53,493 nucleotides of DNA from Paraglomus brasilianum (GCA_910592345.1 CAJVPI010000108.1:1-53493), one strand, 5' to 3'. Numbered from the stretch's first letter, positions 38,801 to 51,337 are shown. Notes: generated by a model from the letters alone, not told the origin. A program made the numbers and translations.

Positions 38801-41106
38801 TGGAAACCTCACGCTGAACGCGGCCAATGTTTTCATCAACAGATCTCTTTTGATTGTGAGCAATTTCAAGAGCTTCACTTGCTTCGCGACTTTGAGATCT
38901 AGCAGCTTGAAGACGTGCCTCAGTAGAGGCCTGTTCCGTTTCCGCCGAAGCAAGAGAAGACACAATCTCCTCGTGACGTGCACGATTCAACAGTTCAAGT
39001 CTGCGTGTTTCTGCCTCTATTTTGGCACGGTGTTGCTCAACGGTGGATCTTTTGTCGACAATGAAGTCATTGATCTCTTTTTCTTCACGCTGTTGCGTCA
39101 CGTTCGTGGAAGAAAACGAACCAAATTAATAAAATAAAGAATCAAGTAATAACAAATGTAAATATGGTCAGTTGGTTACGTTAATTCAGAATCTTCTAAG
39201 GAAACAAAATACACCAATGTTTTATCGATGTATTAAATAAAAAATAAAAATGTACCTGAATATCCTGCAACCGTTGTCTATTCTCTTTTATAGCGTCAGC
39301 TATTTCCTTCTTCTTATTCTGAAGCGGTTGAGCAGCTTCTGCTTGTTCATGGATCTGTCGTTCTAATCCATTAATGGCTTCATTGACCTCTTGGAGATCG
39401 GCCTTTAATTGCAATTTCACATGAATAAATACATTTCAAAAACATCCTTATATTATTATATCACGGCCTCGTACTTACAGTGGCTTTTGTTAGTTCTATC
39501 TCGACAGCTGGTAGACGTAATTTTGCTCTTTCAACTTGTCTCACAGCTTCTTCCACTTGCTAAATGACCAAATCAATTCATGAGCTCTCGGAATCATATC
39601 CGTTTCACATTCACTGTTAAAATTACTCACATATTCAATTTCATCTACTTGCGCCCAGGCCATTTCATTCTTCAACCGCGCAACAGTCACCTCCAATTCT
39701 CTAGCCTGTTGCATCTCTTTATATTTCATTTCGGCATCCTTTGCTTCTTTGTGAAGTTCAGGTAACAGTTCCTTCTTTCTCTTCATAATACTATGAATAG
39801 CTTCAATGCTCTCACGAATTAGTTCGTAATCTTCACTTAGTTGTGTGAGCTGTGTACCTTTCATGAAGAACTATTGCGTTTTTCATTAAAAAAAAATTAA
39901 GGTCATATTCAAACATAATCAAACGACGAAGTTATTTGAAATCCTTGTAATCATGGCACCTTATATTTGTCCTCAGCACTAGATGTATGTAGGAATTGTC
40001 GTGCGGTATCCTGCGACAACACGTTTAAAGGATTATCAACTTGAATAGCCACATGATCCATAATGGCAATTAGATCTTCTCGTCGAGCAGAAATGAGTCT
40101 TCCATCAGCAGACTTTATCTTGTAGCTGCCAGTACCATCGCGGGTTACGCGGCGTTCGATGGTGATAGTATCACCGAAGGTTTGGGGTCGATATGCATCC
40201 GGACCACCGTTACGAAGCTTCACAACGACCTCCCCAATGCTACCAAATTATGAAGAAAGCCGGTTTGATACAGAAATATGAAAGCAAATTGTAAATTAGG
40301 TGTATTAGATCATGTGCAGGCTATCTATGGAAACATCACAGTTAGAACAATAATCTACCTTGCTCCCTCCCGAATGAGTGATTTGAGACTTGAAGCTCGG
40401 TTCGTGGTTGTAGCTTTCCCACCAAGACAAACCGTTATCGCCGTAAGAATGGCGCTTTTGCCGCCTTATAACTTGGTTAACCAACTCAATTTTATACTTG
40501 TCAATAACAATGCAAAGTCATCAAACTTACTTCCATTATGGCCAATTATAAAATTAATCTTTGGACCAAGATTGACTTTAAGGTATTTATGACACATGAA
40601 ATTAACGAGTTCAATTGAATCGATAACACCAGCCTCAGCAGTCGTCTAATATGATTACGAGCACATGTAAACACTTTGACATAAGCAATTTTTATGTATA
40701 ACAGACATTGAGACCTACCCCGTTAGTAGGTCTGTTCCTTAACCGGCATCTTTCCATTTCAGCCACAAGAGAAAGGTCACAAGGCGCCGGTCTCGATTGT
40801 CCAACTTGAGACGGCTGGACATCGACCATTTCTACATCCAAGGATTCCGGTGTGGAGGCGAAATCGCCGGAGTCGTCGTTGTCTTCAACTTCAACTGCGG
40901 AACGCGCTCGTTTACGTCGTGTTACGACCTAGAATGATTATTGTCCGTAATCACGCGAGAGCAGGAAGTTGAGGAAAACAAGCCGAGTAATTCCTTCTTC
41001 AGGCTTATAAGTATTGACGATATACTGCGATAATAAGTACCTGTTCGGAGTTACTATTCGTAACTTCCGCGTCGACGATTGAGTTGCGAATTCGTTTATT
41101 AGACAT
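35898..41106 (-). CDS. SMC6: Structural maintenance of chromosomes protein 6 (multi-exon)
   Basis: ATG at 41106 (MSNKRIRNS). N-terminal head [61 protein letters not shown]; coiled coils; hinge PVGPLG; signature [11 protein letters not shown]; Walker [22 protein letters not shown]; stop at 35898. Not every internal exon boundary was verified. Confidence 0.95.
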
Positions 41107-41908
41107 GATTATTTTCTCGTGTTTCTTGTAAGAAGGGATACTTTATACATAAAAAAGGTGCTGGCTACTCCAAACACTGAGGGCTGTAACAAGCTTCCAA
41201 GAGTAAAGACGCGTGTTGCGGATAGCTTTGTTACCATTTTGGCTCAACAGAGTTGATCCCGTGATTCGAGTTGACTTTAAATAGACACGTGATGAATGTG
41301 CGCAGAATGTAAATTTGATTTGTTGTTGTTTGTCACATGATTATGATTGACATTCTTTAGTATTGGTATGGAATATCGATATACATGAAATTATGCCGAT
41401 TCTCTGTAGAACGACACTCGAATCATGTTCTATTAAGGAGTGTAAATCTTAAAATTAAATCAATAAACAAATCAATGATGCAATATGCAAGCTTGGAAGT
41501 ATAATAATAGTAATAGGAACTGATAACTTGCGGGATGGCACTCTGCGTTACGGAGATAAGACGGTGCATTTCATACATAGAACTAATAGAAGATACTACG
41601 AACTGTTGTTAAATTGTCAAAGTGTCAATTGAATAGTATCTTCATAATATTGAGCTTGTTCGTCTCATAAAGTTTGATATTAATGATACCCCTAATATTG
41701 TTGTTAATGTCAGTACACCGACTTAGGAGTGATAGCGCGTGGGAGCTTTGACGGATAAGATAGTAGCAATAAGCGTGATCTTTGCAATGGTAAATAACAA
41801 AGTTACAAACATAACTTGATTCTTTGAGCGTTCGTCTAAGCCACCTGATTATACACCCAATCGGAGCTCATTAATTTTGTATTCATTTTTGTTTTCGCTT
41901 GTCAGATC

Positions 41909-42553
41909 ATGTCTACAGATTTCCTTCCATATTCTGTTCTTTCGGGAACATTCGCAGCATTAGCATCTGTCTCCGCGAAGTTGTTTAGCGACGCCCGCAC
42001 GTTCTCGTTCACCATATACGTCTGCGAAGTAGTGTATGGATCTGGATGTGAAGACGTCGAGAATGGAGTATGTATTATGTATGTATATATTGATTCTTAC
42101 GAAATCCAATTGCGCGTTATTTCTGATGGTAGTTGTGATGTTATGCTATTTCTGACTATTGCAATTAGTTGATCTATCCAATCCGTGCTCTCTGCTTCGG
42201 TCTTATGTTCCTGTTTAATGCGGCCATGTGGACTTTCTATACTAAAGCGCTGAATAAGTCTTCTAGCATTAAAGTAACAGTGGTCAACAGCGCAACTAAC
42301 TTTTGTATGACGGTCAGTATATTAGTCTGTCTTACGCTTATCACAAATCATGTTGTTCCATATTAACAACTACCCAATATCTGTAACATTATATTGCTAT
42401 CTTCTTTTATCTTCTATCCATGACTCTTCATAGGCGATACTTGGACATCTGCTGTTTAATGAAGCACTTTATCTCCAGTGGTGGTTCGGTGCTACACTCA
42501 TCATCACCGGAACTGTTATTATAAGTCGCAAAAATAAGGAGAAGGTCGAATGA
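41909..42553 (+). CDS. TMEM42-like small multi-pass membrane protein, DMT/EamA superfamily (about 140 aa, exons 41909-42067, 42169-42312, 42434-42553)
   Basis: SGTFAALASVSAKL; NAAMWTFYTKAL..SS..VTVVNSATNF; AILGHLLFNE.L...WWFGATLIITG. Two phase-0 GT-AG introns. Divergent from SMC6. Confidence 0.85.
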
Positions 42554-44063
42554 AATAACATCGTTGAATCAGTTGGCGTAGATGAACTATCAAATCTATC
42601 AAAACATTGAAGATAAACCCGAAAGTTGCTTGACACGCAGAGAAACAACACACCAAGATAATTTATAATGATCAGTATGAACATGACACTTTCTTTAACA
42701 ATGCTGTACCGGTATCTGTATGAATCAAGACGTCATATAAAAAAAACATATCAATCAAATGCTCAACCTCTATTCACCAAGTACATACTAATACTAATAC
42801 TATTGGCTCTGCGAAGCACGGGCTAAAAGTCCTTATTAGGCAATCAGTGTTCAACCCTATTCTCCGATCACGTGATTATATCATAAAGTCGAATACTATC
42901 TACAAATTGCTGTAACGATAAACGCTCGCTCACAGACGCTTGCTCCTGTTGCGGCCACAAATGCCTTTAACATCCAGTGATTGGGACGAATCGATGTCAT
43001 GCTAACCGATGTTATGCTAACCGTAGGCGTCAAAGGATCATACCTTGATAACAATACAATTACTTCCGAAATCGCGCAGCAATGCCCATGAAAAAAAGAA
43101 TCAATCAATATCAATTGTACGGTAAACATAGTAATAGTCCTTGATAACGTTGTTGTTTTCCGATACACTACTAGTAACATTGAAGGTCATGAGCGAGACA
43201 AACTTGGTTTAAAATATTACAATTTCAAATAAGCGCCTATTCTTGCTGCTACTCTACGGTAAAAGATTATTTGATTGGTAAAAATGCGACCAAGGAATAA
43301 TAAATATACGTATTTAATGCATCTAACTTATTAAGAGAATGGAAAAGTCGGAAATAGCACAAATACTAAACGGATAGACTGTAACGAACCAATTTTTTGT
43401 CAACGGTTTAATTGAGTTATAAGTTACTGTAAGTGTTATTATAATCGGTATAAGCAGATTGCGATTGCGAAATGTTGACTCGCAGATGTCAGTATGAAGG
43501 GATTCTATACTCTCGGGACGATCCCCCAACGCTAAACATTAGTGTTAAACATTAATCTATGAGGGGCGTTTTTTTTTTCATTATCTCGTGGTTTTCATGT
43601 ACAATCGGGGTTTTCTTTGTTATTTCATCTTGCTGACAAACGGGTTTTAACATCGCCGGATCTTCATTCATTTACTGAATCACACATTTTTGCATCTGAT
43701 CATGCAGATTACATGTAAACTTATCCAGATAAGAATCCATCTACGAAATAATCCTTGCTTCGCCATCACAAAAATCTGCCGAATGCTTTGTCAGACACCA
43801 AAAGGGGTAATTTAGTTTTTCACACTAACCTTTATTCGATCATGCATAATGTGGCTTGGCTGTAACTTAATTACTACTTGGGAAATTTTGACGATAATCC
43901 TCTGTTTACTCAACATCTATCTCTCTCTTTGTCATTGTGTAAATAAATCAACATGCATGGTAATGTGCTATTACGCATAGATTATATCTGCTTAATCGCG
44001 CGTCGCGACTGACTTACTTCTTAACCAGCATCATCACCCAAGAAGAAGCGGAGAACGAAAAAA

Positions 44064-47000
44064 ATGGAATATCATCCGTCAGTGGAGCATTGGTCGTTCT
44101 CATTCAATTATGAGGCGAAATGTCGTTTCTGCATGAGCGAACCTTTTATAACCCATGAGCACAAAAGACATTTACAGCACTTGGCTGAAATTAATGTCGA
44201 ATATTTGGCAACAGTGGCGAAGCGACTCTTGGGGAATTTGAAGGAGGCAAACGGCCGCTCGGTGGATAGCCTGCAAAAGGAGACGTCTATGGAATTAAAG
44301 AAGGCGTTAGACATAACCTCCCGAACAACTACAACACCCACTACTACCGCTACCAATACAGACGTCGCTTTCCGAAATACGTCTTCAAGAGGCCGTCGCC
44401 TCTTTGTACCTCAACAACTCTCGCCGGGTACGCTTGACTTGGTCACACGGCTAAGTATTAATGACAACAAGTCGGACGATGAACGCACGTTTTGGCTCAC
44501 CCCGCCCAGTAATAGTATATCTGAAGAGCTCTCATGGTTAGCGAAACTTCCTGTTGGTTGCAGGTTGACAACAGACTATTCAAACTACATGCCAACTGGG
44601 ATACCGGCATATGTGCTGAAAAAACTGAAAAAGTTTAATTTTGTCGAACAATTTGAAATCTGTAGATTTTTCCACCCATTCGGTTTATTGGATTGGAAGG
44701 ACTTTGACCCAGATGTACTCCGAGCTTGTGCTGGAAATGAGCTGTATGATGTTTTAAAACATATGTATATTGAGAGAGGCTATGGCACTGAGCTCGACTC
44801 GTATGCAATACCAAGACGAGGATTTAGTCGTGTATGGACATTAATGGAAGGAGGTGTTAATGTTGACCAGGGTATAGTTTTCCTCGCAAAATTAACATTA
44901 TCAAACAGTCGATATTTAATTAGTTTGGATCCGATAAAGGTTGGACGATCCAAGAGATTTTATAGAAAGTTCGGATCCGAACGATTTCTACTTGTTCGGC
45001 TGTCGGAGAGCATTAGCGGTATCTCTGTAAAAGTCTTAGAGAAGCTAAAGAGGCAGTTATTGCGCCCTATAGATTTGTTGGGGCGAAAGTATGAAATGTT
45101 TTATGGAAAAGATGGAACGTTTTATTACTTTGCAACTAGTGGACCGGGCTTGGAGCGCAAGCCTCTGTGGGACATTATAAACTGGCACATACCAGTTTCG
45201 TACCAAGACATAAATATGACATTTAACAAATTTTTTAGTAGAATTTCGTTGGGCCTCTCCAACACAAGGTCAACCATCGTATTCAAACCGGACGAAATAC
45301 GGCTCGTAGATGACCAATATGCAATAGGAAGGAATAACAAGAAATTCTGCATGACTGACGGCTGTGCGGCGATAAGTCTCGGGGCGATGAAAAAAATTGC
45401 AGATATGCTGAATGAAACGGTGACACCATGTGCTATGCAAGGGCGCATAGGAGGAGCAAAAGGGCTATGGTATATAGATCCCATGATGGATAGCAGCGGA
45501 AACTGGATTCAGATAAGAAAAAGTCAGTTAAAATATTGGATATATGGTAAAGACGAGAAATTACTCAAAGAAAGAGCAGACGATGAGCTTTTGAGAACCT
45601 TGGATGTTTGTAAAGTTTTTCAAGCACCAAGGATTCCCGGTTCGTTAAACAGTCAATTCATACCTGTCCTGGCTTACGGAGGGGTTAATGTAAACGTTTT
45701 TACAGAAATTCTTAAAGAGAACATTGAGAAATTGAAATCCGCTGTGATTAACTGCAACGATCCGATAAAATTAATCAAATGGTTAGAGGATACGGGTAAT
45801 TTGATGAAAATGAGGTTGGATGAATCCAATTATGGTCCGTCATGTGGAACAATTGCCGATACCTCTTCAGACTATATGTCGGATGACATTCCCACGATAT
45901 CAGCCATGCCAATGAATAACGGTGAAATAGCAATAGACATGCTAGCTGCTGGTTTTACTCCCAAAGAGTGTCCATTTCTTGCTCGGAAGATAACCCAATT
46001 TCTCAAAAACGCCGTGAAGACAATGACACGGAAATTCCGTATAATAGTCCCGTTATCACGTGTAGTTTGCTGTATTGCTGATCCAACCAATACACTTGGA
46101 CCAGAGGAAGTATTTCTCCAGTTGGATGGGAATGCGGGGAGAGATGAAAAAAGTGGATGTCCATTTGGTGTCATAGAAGCTGATATGTTATTAGCAAGAA
46201 ATCCCGCTTATCTTCCTTCTGATGCGTGGAAGGTGAGAGCCGTCAGAAAAGCAGAGTTGTTGGGTTATCGCAACGTGGTGGTATTTCCGACACGATTAGG
46301 ACCTACGGACGAAGGATCAATTGCGAATAGGTTGAGTGGCGGGGACTATGATGGAGATACCGTAAGTAATGGTTGTATGCATCGTCGATCAACTTTTGAG
46401 AGTCTACTTAAGTACTATCCTGTAATTAATTGTTTCAATATTATTACGCGATATTAGATATTTTGTTGCTGGGATCCTAGAATAGTAAATGATTTCCACA
46501 ACACCCAAGTACATCAAATTAGACCCGAGGTGGAGGAGGCGTTTTGCAAGAACGACAAGAAAGTAGTGGACATTCTAAAAGACATTAGAGATACCAAATC
46601 TGCCGAACGTATTATTCAACAAAAAATTGTTGATACATTATTTGAAGACATAACGAACCAACTGGGCCTGTATTCATTTTATCACCAAATATGGTCAGCC
46701 AAATTTGGCATAGACCACGAAAAATCTATATACTTCGGTCAGATGTGCGCTAAACTCGTCGATGCGACGAAACAAGGACTTAAATTGAAGGAAGGCAAAA
46801 CCCAAGCCGATGGTCGAGAAGTCAGCAAGCTCGATTGGCCACAGTGGTTTGTGGACCAGCGTGAAAAAAAAAGAGGATACAATAGTCTCGACTTGTTGGA
46901 CAACCCGGATGCATCTTCTATAAGACGATCGGGATCGCAGTCTCCGCTAGATATTGTAAATGAATATATGAAAAAAGAACTGAGTATATTCAATTCGAAC

Positions 47001-47642
47001 AATTTTACTATAATATCCCATACTACGAACGATCAGGACCAGCATATAGGACGGTTTTGGCAGAAGGAAATAGAACGAGCGGGAATGATGAAGAAGTTGG
47101 GCGATAGTAATTATCTAGAAGATTTACAGTTAATCCGTAAATCGATGGACAATTTGGTAAACGAGTTCAATAGAACGTATCGAGACGCGATGGATGAAGA
47201 AAAGGAACGGGAAAACATAATACGCCAAAAGTCTCACAGAAAACGCGCCGTAATGTCTCCGTGTTCTCCCTTCCCTGACAACAAAATGGCAGACATCGAT
47301 GAACTTTTCTTGTATAAATTCCGCACGACCCCAACACCCTCGATGTATAAAAACCTTCACCTAAGATGTACAGAGCGAAGATCGGTATATAATGCAGCAT
47401 TAGACCTAGAAATGAAATTGAAAGCATGCGCATTATATTTAGCGAGTTTTAGAAAAAAAGACGATGGGAAATGTTGTTGGGCGCTTGCATTTAGAGAGCT
47501 CTGCAATATCAAAGCTTCTATGGTTGAGGCTGATGAGAGCATTGGATATCCGAAAATGACCGGTGGTGCGAGAGCTGTAATGGGAAGTGTATGGAAGACC
47601 ATGAAGGTGGATAGGCGATGGTTAATTAGAAGTGGGAATTGA
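44064..47642 (+). CDS. Cellular RNA-dependent RNA polymerase (RNAi pathway), QDE-1-like (about 1160 aa, exons 44064-46361 and 46458-47642)
   Basis: Motifs RFYRKFGSERFL, KFFSRISLGLS, MTDGC, QGRIGGAKGLW, IADPTNTL, LARNPAYLPSD, VVVFP and catalytic LSGGDYDGD. GTAAGT..TAG intron 46362-46457 gives DT|IFCCWDPRIV. The true start may lie upstream. Confidence 0.95.
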
Positions 47643-47939
47643 TTGTTTATATTTTGTGCATAGATGGATTGAATTGATACCATTTCTATGATGTACAGTG
47701 TATATTTTGGTATTATACGTTTTGAAAACAATGTAATATAGAATGATGCGTCAGTTTAGCGCAGTTTGAAGCCATTTGAAAGAGCGTGTTGGAAACGCAA
47801 AATGTTGGCTCAGAATTTGCCCTATCTGGCTCTCGAGAATTAAATAAATCTTAGAGTAAATATAGTCGATAATCGACGTCATTGAATATAATCTTTTTCT
47901 CTTATAACACATCATTGCTTAGTAAGGATCATCAATTCC

Positions 47940-49350
47940 TACATCCACATGTGGATGTCCACAACCGTATGACAGTTTCCGCATTTATAAACTCTTCTTC
48001 CGCCGATGTTTTGTATGTCGCGCCTGTTTCCTCGGCCAGCCGCTGCCGGAATGCATAATGTGACCAGGTGACGAACCACTTTCGAATTGATTTTTCGTTT
48101 CACCATGTTCTTTACATTGATCACGACATCGTAGTTTTGGATCAAGTGATTCACCGTTTTCTTGTAAAGCTCGTTACGTAGATTCCTGATCTTTCGAAAG
48201 ATTCTCGCGATCGCGCCATCTAATCTCTTCGCCTTTCTTTTTTTTTCGCTTCGACGTGGAATTGTTTAGAAGATCTCACTGGGAACTTAACCTGTCGGCG
48301 TGTAACCCTAATCGAACAAATCTCCGCGCGTCATTCTTTCCAATTTCTGTTACACCTTCAGTAGGTGAGTACATGACGAACGGGGTTCGCGAGCTTCCCT
48401 GTTCCGTTTTGGTCTTTCATGGACCCATAATAGGATCCAATCGTTCGTTTTTCGACGATAGGTAACCTTGCAATCACAATCGATTTTTTTAAATGGCTAT
48501 TTGCGTTGGGTTTCGAAATGTAAAGGTCGTAGGTCTCTCTTGCTTTGTGTGATAATGCAGGGTTTCTTTCTTGGCGTGCGCATGCGCATCAGCGAATTAA
48601 AGGCATTAAGCAATTAGACTTGATCGGTTGTGTAGGTACGACACATAGAAGTGATTCCAATCCCTTCCCGAAAAATTTTGTGATCAGATGTTGATGGTAT
48701 GCGCGAGATCCTTCTTCGACTTGAATTTTAATGTGGAATTTTTATCTTTCTGATTATAGTTTTTGATCGCCTCATCCACTGTTTCGTCGATGATGTTATT
48801 TGGGATCTCTTTATAGACACCTTTAAGCTTGAGCATGACATACACAAGATAACGAAGGTATTGGGTACTCGAACAGTTGAGGTAAAGTCGGACGGGTGTT
48901 TTTATTATTTAATTTCTTGCAGAAGAGTGTCTGTTATATTTGTTGCTATTTGTGCTCTGTCGTTTTCGCCCTCAACCCAGTTCTCGTGCCTTGTCGTTTC
49001 TGAAGGTGCAATGACGAATTTGCACCGGGTTTGAATTTCGTTTCTTTTCGTAACGTAATTTGCACACCACTCTTTATCAGAGCACCCTTATTTGCTCTGA
49101 TAAATTCAGTTGCCCTTGCGCTGCACCTGCACTTGAATATGTGGTTTGAGGTGGAGGTTTGCGTTCTTTATTTGTTTACATCTACGATTGAACGCTAAAG
49201 GTGTACTGTGGTTTGAGGTGGGCGACCACTGTGTTATAGAACAATCTCATCAATCCCATCCATCGCTTCAGCAATTGTTTCTGAGCATGATTCGGGTACA
49301 ATCTCACGCTCAGTGTCCTGTTCACACTTTCGTCTGTTTTTGCTTTTCTC
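47940..49350 (-). pseudogene. Fanzor2/IS607-TnpB-like nuclease pseudogene (copy 2)
   Basis: RTLSVRLYPNHAQKQLLKRWMGLMRLFYN (TnpB N-terminal motif); KEIPNNIID; LKFKSKKD; KRDLRPLHFE; IDCDCKVTY; RTPFVMYSPTEG; FRKIRNLRNELYKK; WSHYAFRQRL; IGGRRVYKCGNC. The DPG, ExYTSKTC and DRD segments are deleted. Confidence 0.88.
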
Positions 49351-49359
49351 ATCGTCGAG

Positions 49360-49660
49360 ACCTTTCTTCTTTTCTTCCTTTCTCTTTGATGTTGTGCGGC
49401 TCTTCTTCCTTGCATTCTGCAGATGAAGACGGTGTTGATGGCGAGGATACCTTCGGATAGCTCACGTTCGTCGGTTGTTGAATCGTCGAAGAGACACGAG
49501 TTTCGTAGCATGGAGGGAGAAGTATTTGAGGAGCTCGTACGCGAACTGACATAATCGGTCTCGATGGGTAACCACAATCTCTCCGACAAGACCCTTGCTC
49601 GATCGTTCCAATAAGGTTTGCGTTTGTTGATGCCTGATCCAATGTCACTGACGGGTTATT
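49360..49660 (-). pseudogene. IS607-family serine recombinase (TnpA) remnant
   Basis: Stitched frames give VSDIGSGINKRK (about 49617-49652), TLLERSSKGLVGEIVVTHRDRLCQFAYELLKYF and ERELSEGILAINTVFICRMQGRRAA (about 49395-49470). These match the IS607 TnpA pattern DIGSG.N.KR / VV..RDRL.RF..EL / EL.ED...I..VF..R..G.R. The catalytic YxRVS segment appears deleted. Confidence 0.8.
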
Positions 49661-50215
49661 CGTAGAGGACCTCCTTTGTTTGAACCTTTTTTTGGTGGTG
49701 GTTTTGGCGGCGGCAGTGTTAGCATTGAGGGGAGAGATTATGTGTTTACGATTTTGATTTTCAAATGAGCAAAATATTGCAATGGTTAAAGAGTTTGGGG
49801 GATAATGTCTTTAAATATTGTCGGTATTTGAATGGCGGAACCGAAAACATGCATAAAACATGCAATCTTATATGACGAGACGGATCATCTGCTTTTACAT
49901 ATTCTCCTAATCCTTCGTCATTAAGGTTCGCATCTCATTTGTCATTATAACGAAAGTCTTTGCCGGCGGCTCGTTTTTTTGTCTTATGACTGGGCTTACG
50001 TCTTGCTGCTGATACTGACGTCAGAGCGTGTTGTTCATAGCCATCCACGAATAATCTCTAATGTCTGTTTGTGGTGGATCAAATTACAAAATTGAAAGTT
50101 GCATAGATCTGTACAGTTTTCTAAGGATCTTTTGAGATTCATAAGATCGCTTATCCGCTTTATCCATAAAATCCGGATATTCGCTTCCTTTGGGAATTCA
50201 GCAGGGACACCAGTT

Positions 50216-50426
50216 TTAGAATGTAATTGTGCCAGTCGCAAACAGTTTCCATGCATAGCACATATCCTGTGTAGCAACTCTGTGATTAATGGACAGAGGA
50301 GGATAAATATGCGAGGCTTCTTTGATGACCGCTTCAAGATAATCAAGTTTTTTGTTCGCGTCATCGAGCTGCAGCATTCTATTCGGGTTATCTCTGAACA
50401 GAGGATCGACCTCTCGTATTTTCTTC
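50216..50426 (-). pseudogene. Cytochrome P450 fragment (J/K helices)
   Basis: Frame not shown in the ORF track: KKIREVDPLFRDNPNRMLQLDDANKKLDYLEAVIKEASHIYPPLSINHRVATQD. This is the K-helix LxYLEAVIKExxR with R changed to H. No heme-binding Cys motif nearby. Confidence 0.65.
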
Positions 50427-51337
50427 TTTATTTCATTACTGGTTCTTTATCCGCTTTTGCCACGTGAGTATGTTACTACATTGCTCACAGAAGGATTATT
50501 TGGGTCTGAGATATTTCATCTTCTAAAAGGAATTGGCCAACAAAGGGTCCTGTTGTCGCATAAAGCCCGCTCTGACCATTGCCAAATCCACTATATCCGT
50601 TATACCGTCATATCCGCCGCGACCATTATCATGTCCACCGCGACCATTATCCAAATCGTTGTAGACGCCCAGAAGTTCCTTTATTTTCTTGTTGATAATT
50701 TTCTCATTCATAGTCACTGCCGCGAACGTTGTCATATTAATATCCATCACCGGTTATCGTTTCTGGTATTAAGCAAAGGCGACAGTCGCATAGTTTAACT
50801 GTGCTGGTTGTGACTAATGTGGCTGGGAAACCACAAGACGGTTTGGTTTGAAGTAAACCTTAGAATGTATCGCTACTCTTGGTAACGCTGACAGTATTTT
50901 TTGGATCTGTGATGTACAGCTTAGAGTTTTAGACCATAATTTGGTCTTCGTAATCAAATGGGGAATTCCAAATAAAGAACACACAGAAAAAGTTTGCGTT
51001 AACTAGAATAAGGAAACTTGTCAAACAATGGTTCAAAGATTTATTATTGGTGATCTTTATACTGCAGAAAGTTGAATTGACTGCTATATTAGAACTATAG
51101 TTTTGGGTGTTAGTATCCAGTAATGCAAAAGAGCGAAACGATGTATTTGCTTAATGCTTTTCTCAGAACCATATTCCTGGGAGTAGTTTTCGACAGTGAC
51201 AGAATATACACAAAAAAAGGGGTTCCTTATGAAGCGGCTTAATTATTCTCGTACCAAAAATATCAACACGATAATGGATTCGGAAAGTAACATTTCTTGC
51301 ACTATAAAAAATAAGCAGAGAAAACAGTACTGTAATA

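Larger units (their letters stand above)
47911..49725 (-). mobile_element. Decayed eukaryotic IS607-type element: serine recombinase (TnpA) remnant plus Fanzor2/TnpB (copy 2)
   Basis: TnpA motifs are followed immediately by TnpB/Fanzor motifs on the same strand. No TIRs or TSD are seen, as expected for IS607. Boundaries are approximate. Confidence 0.8.
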
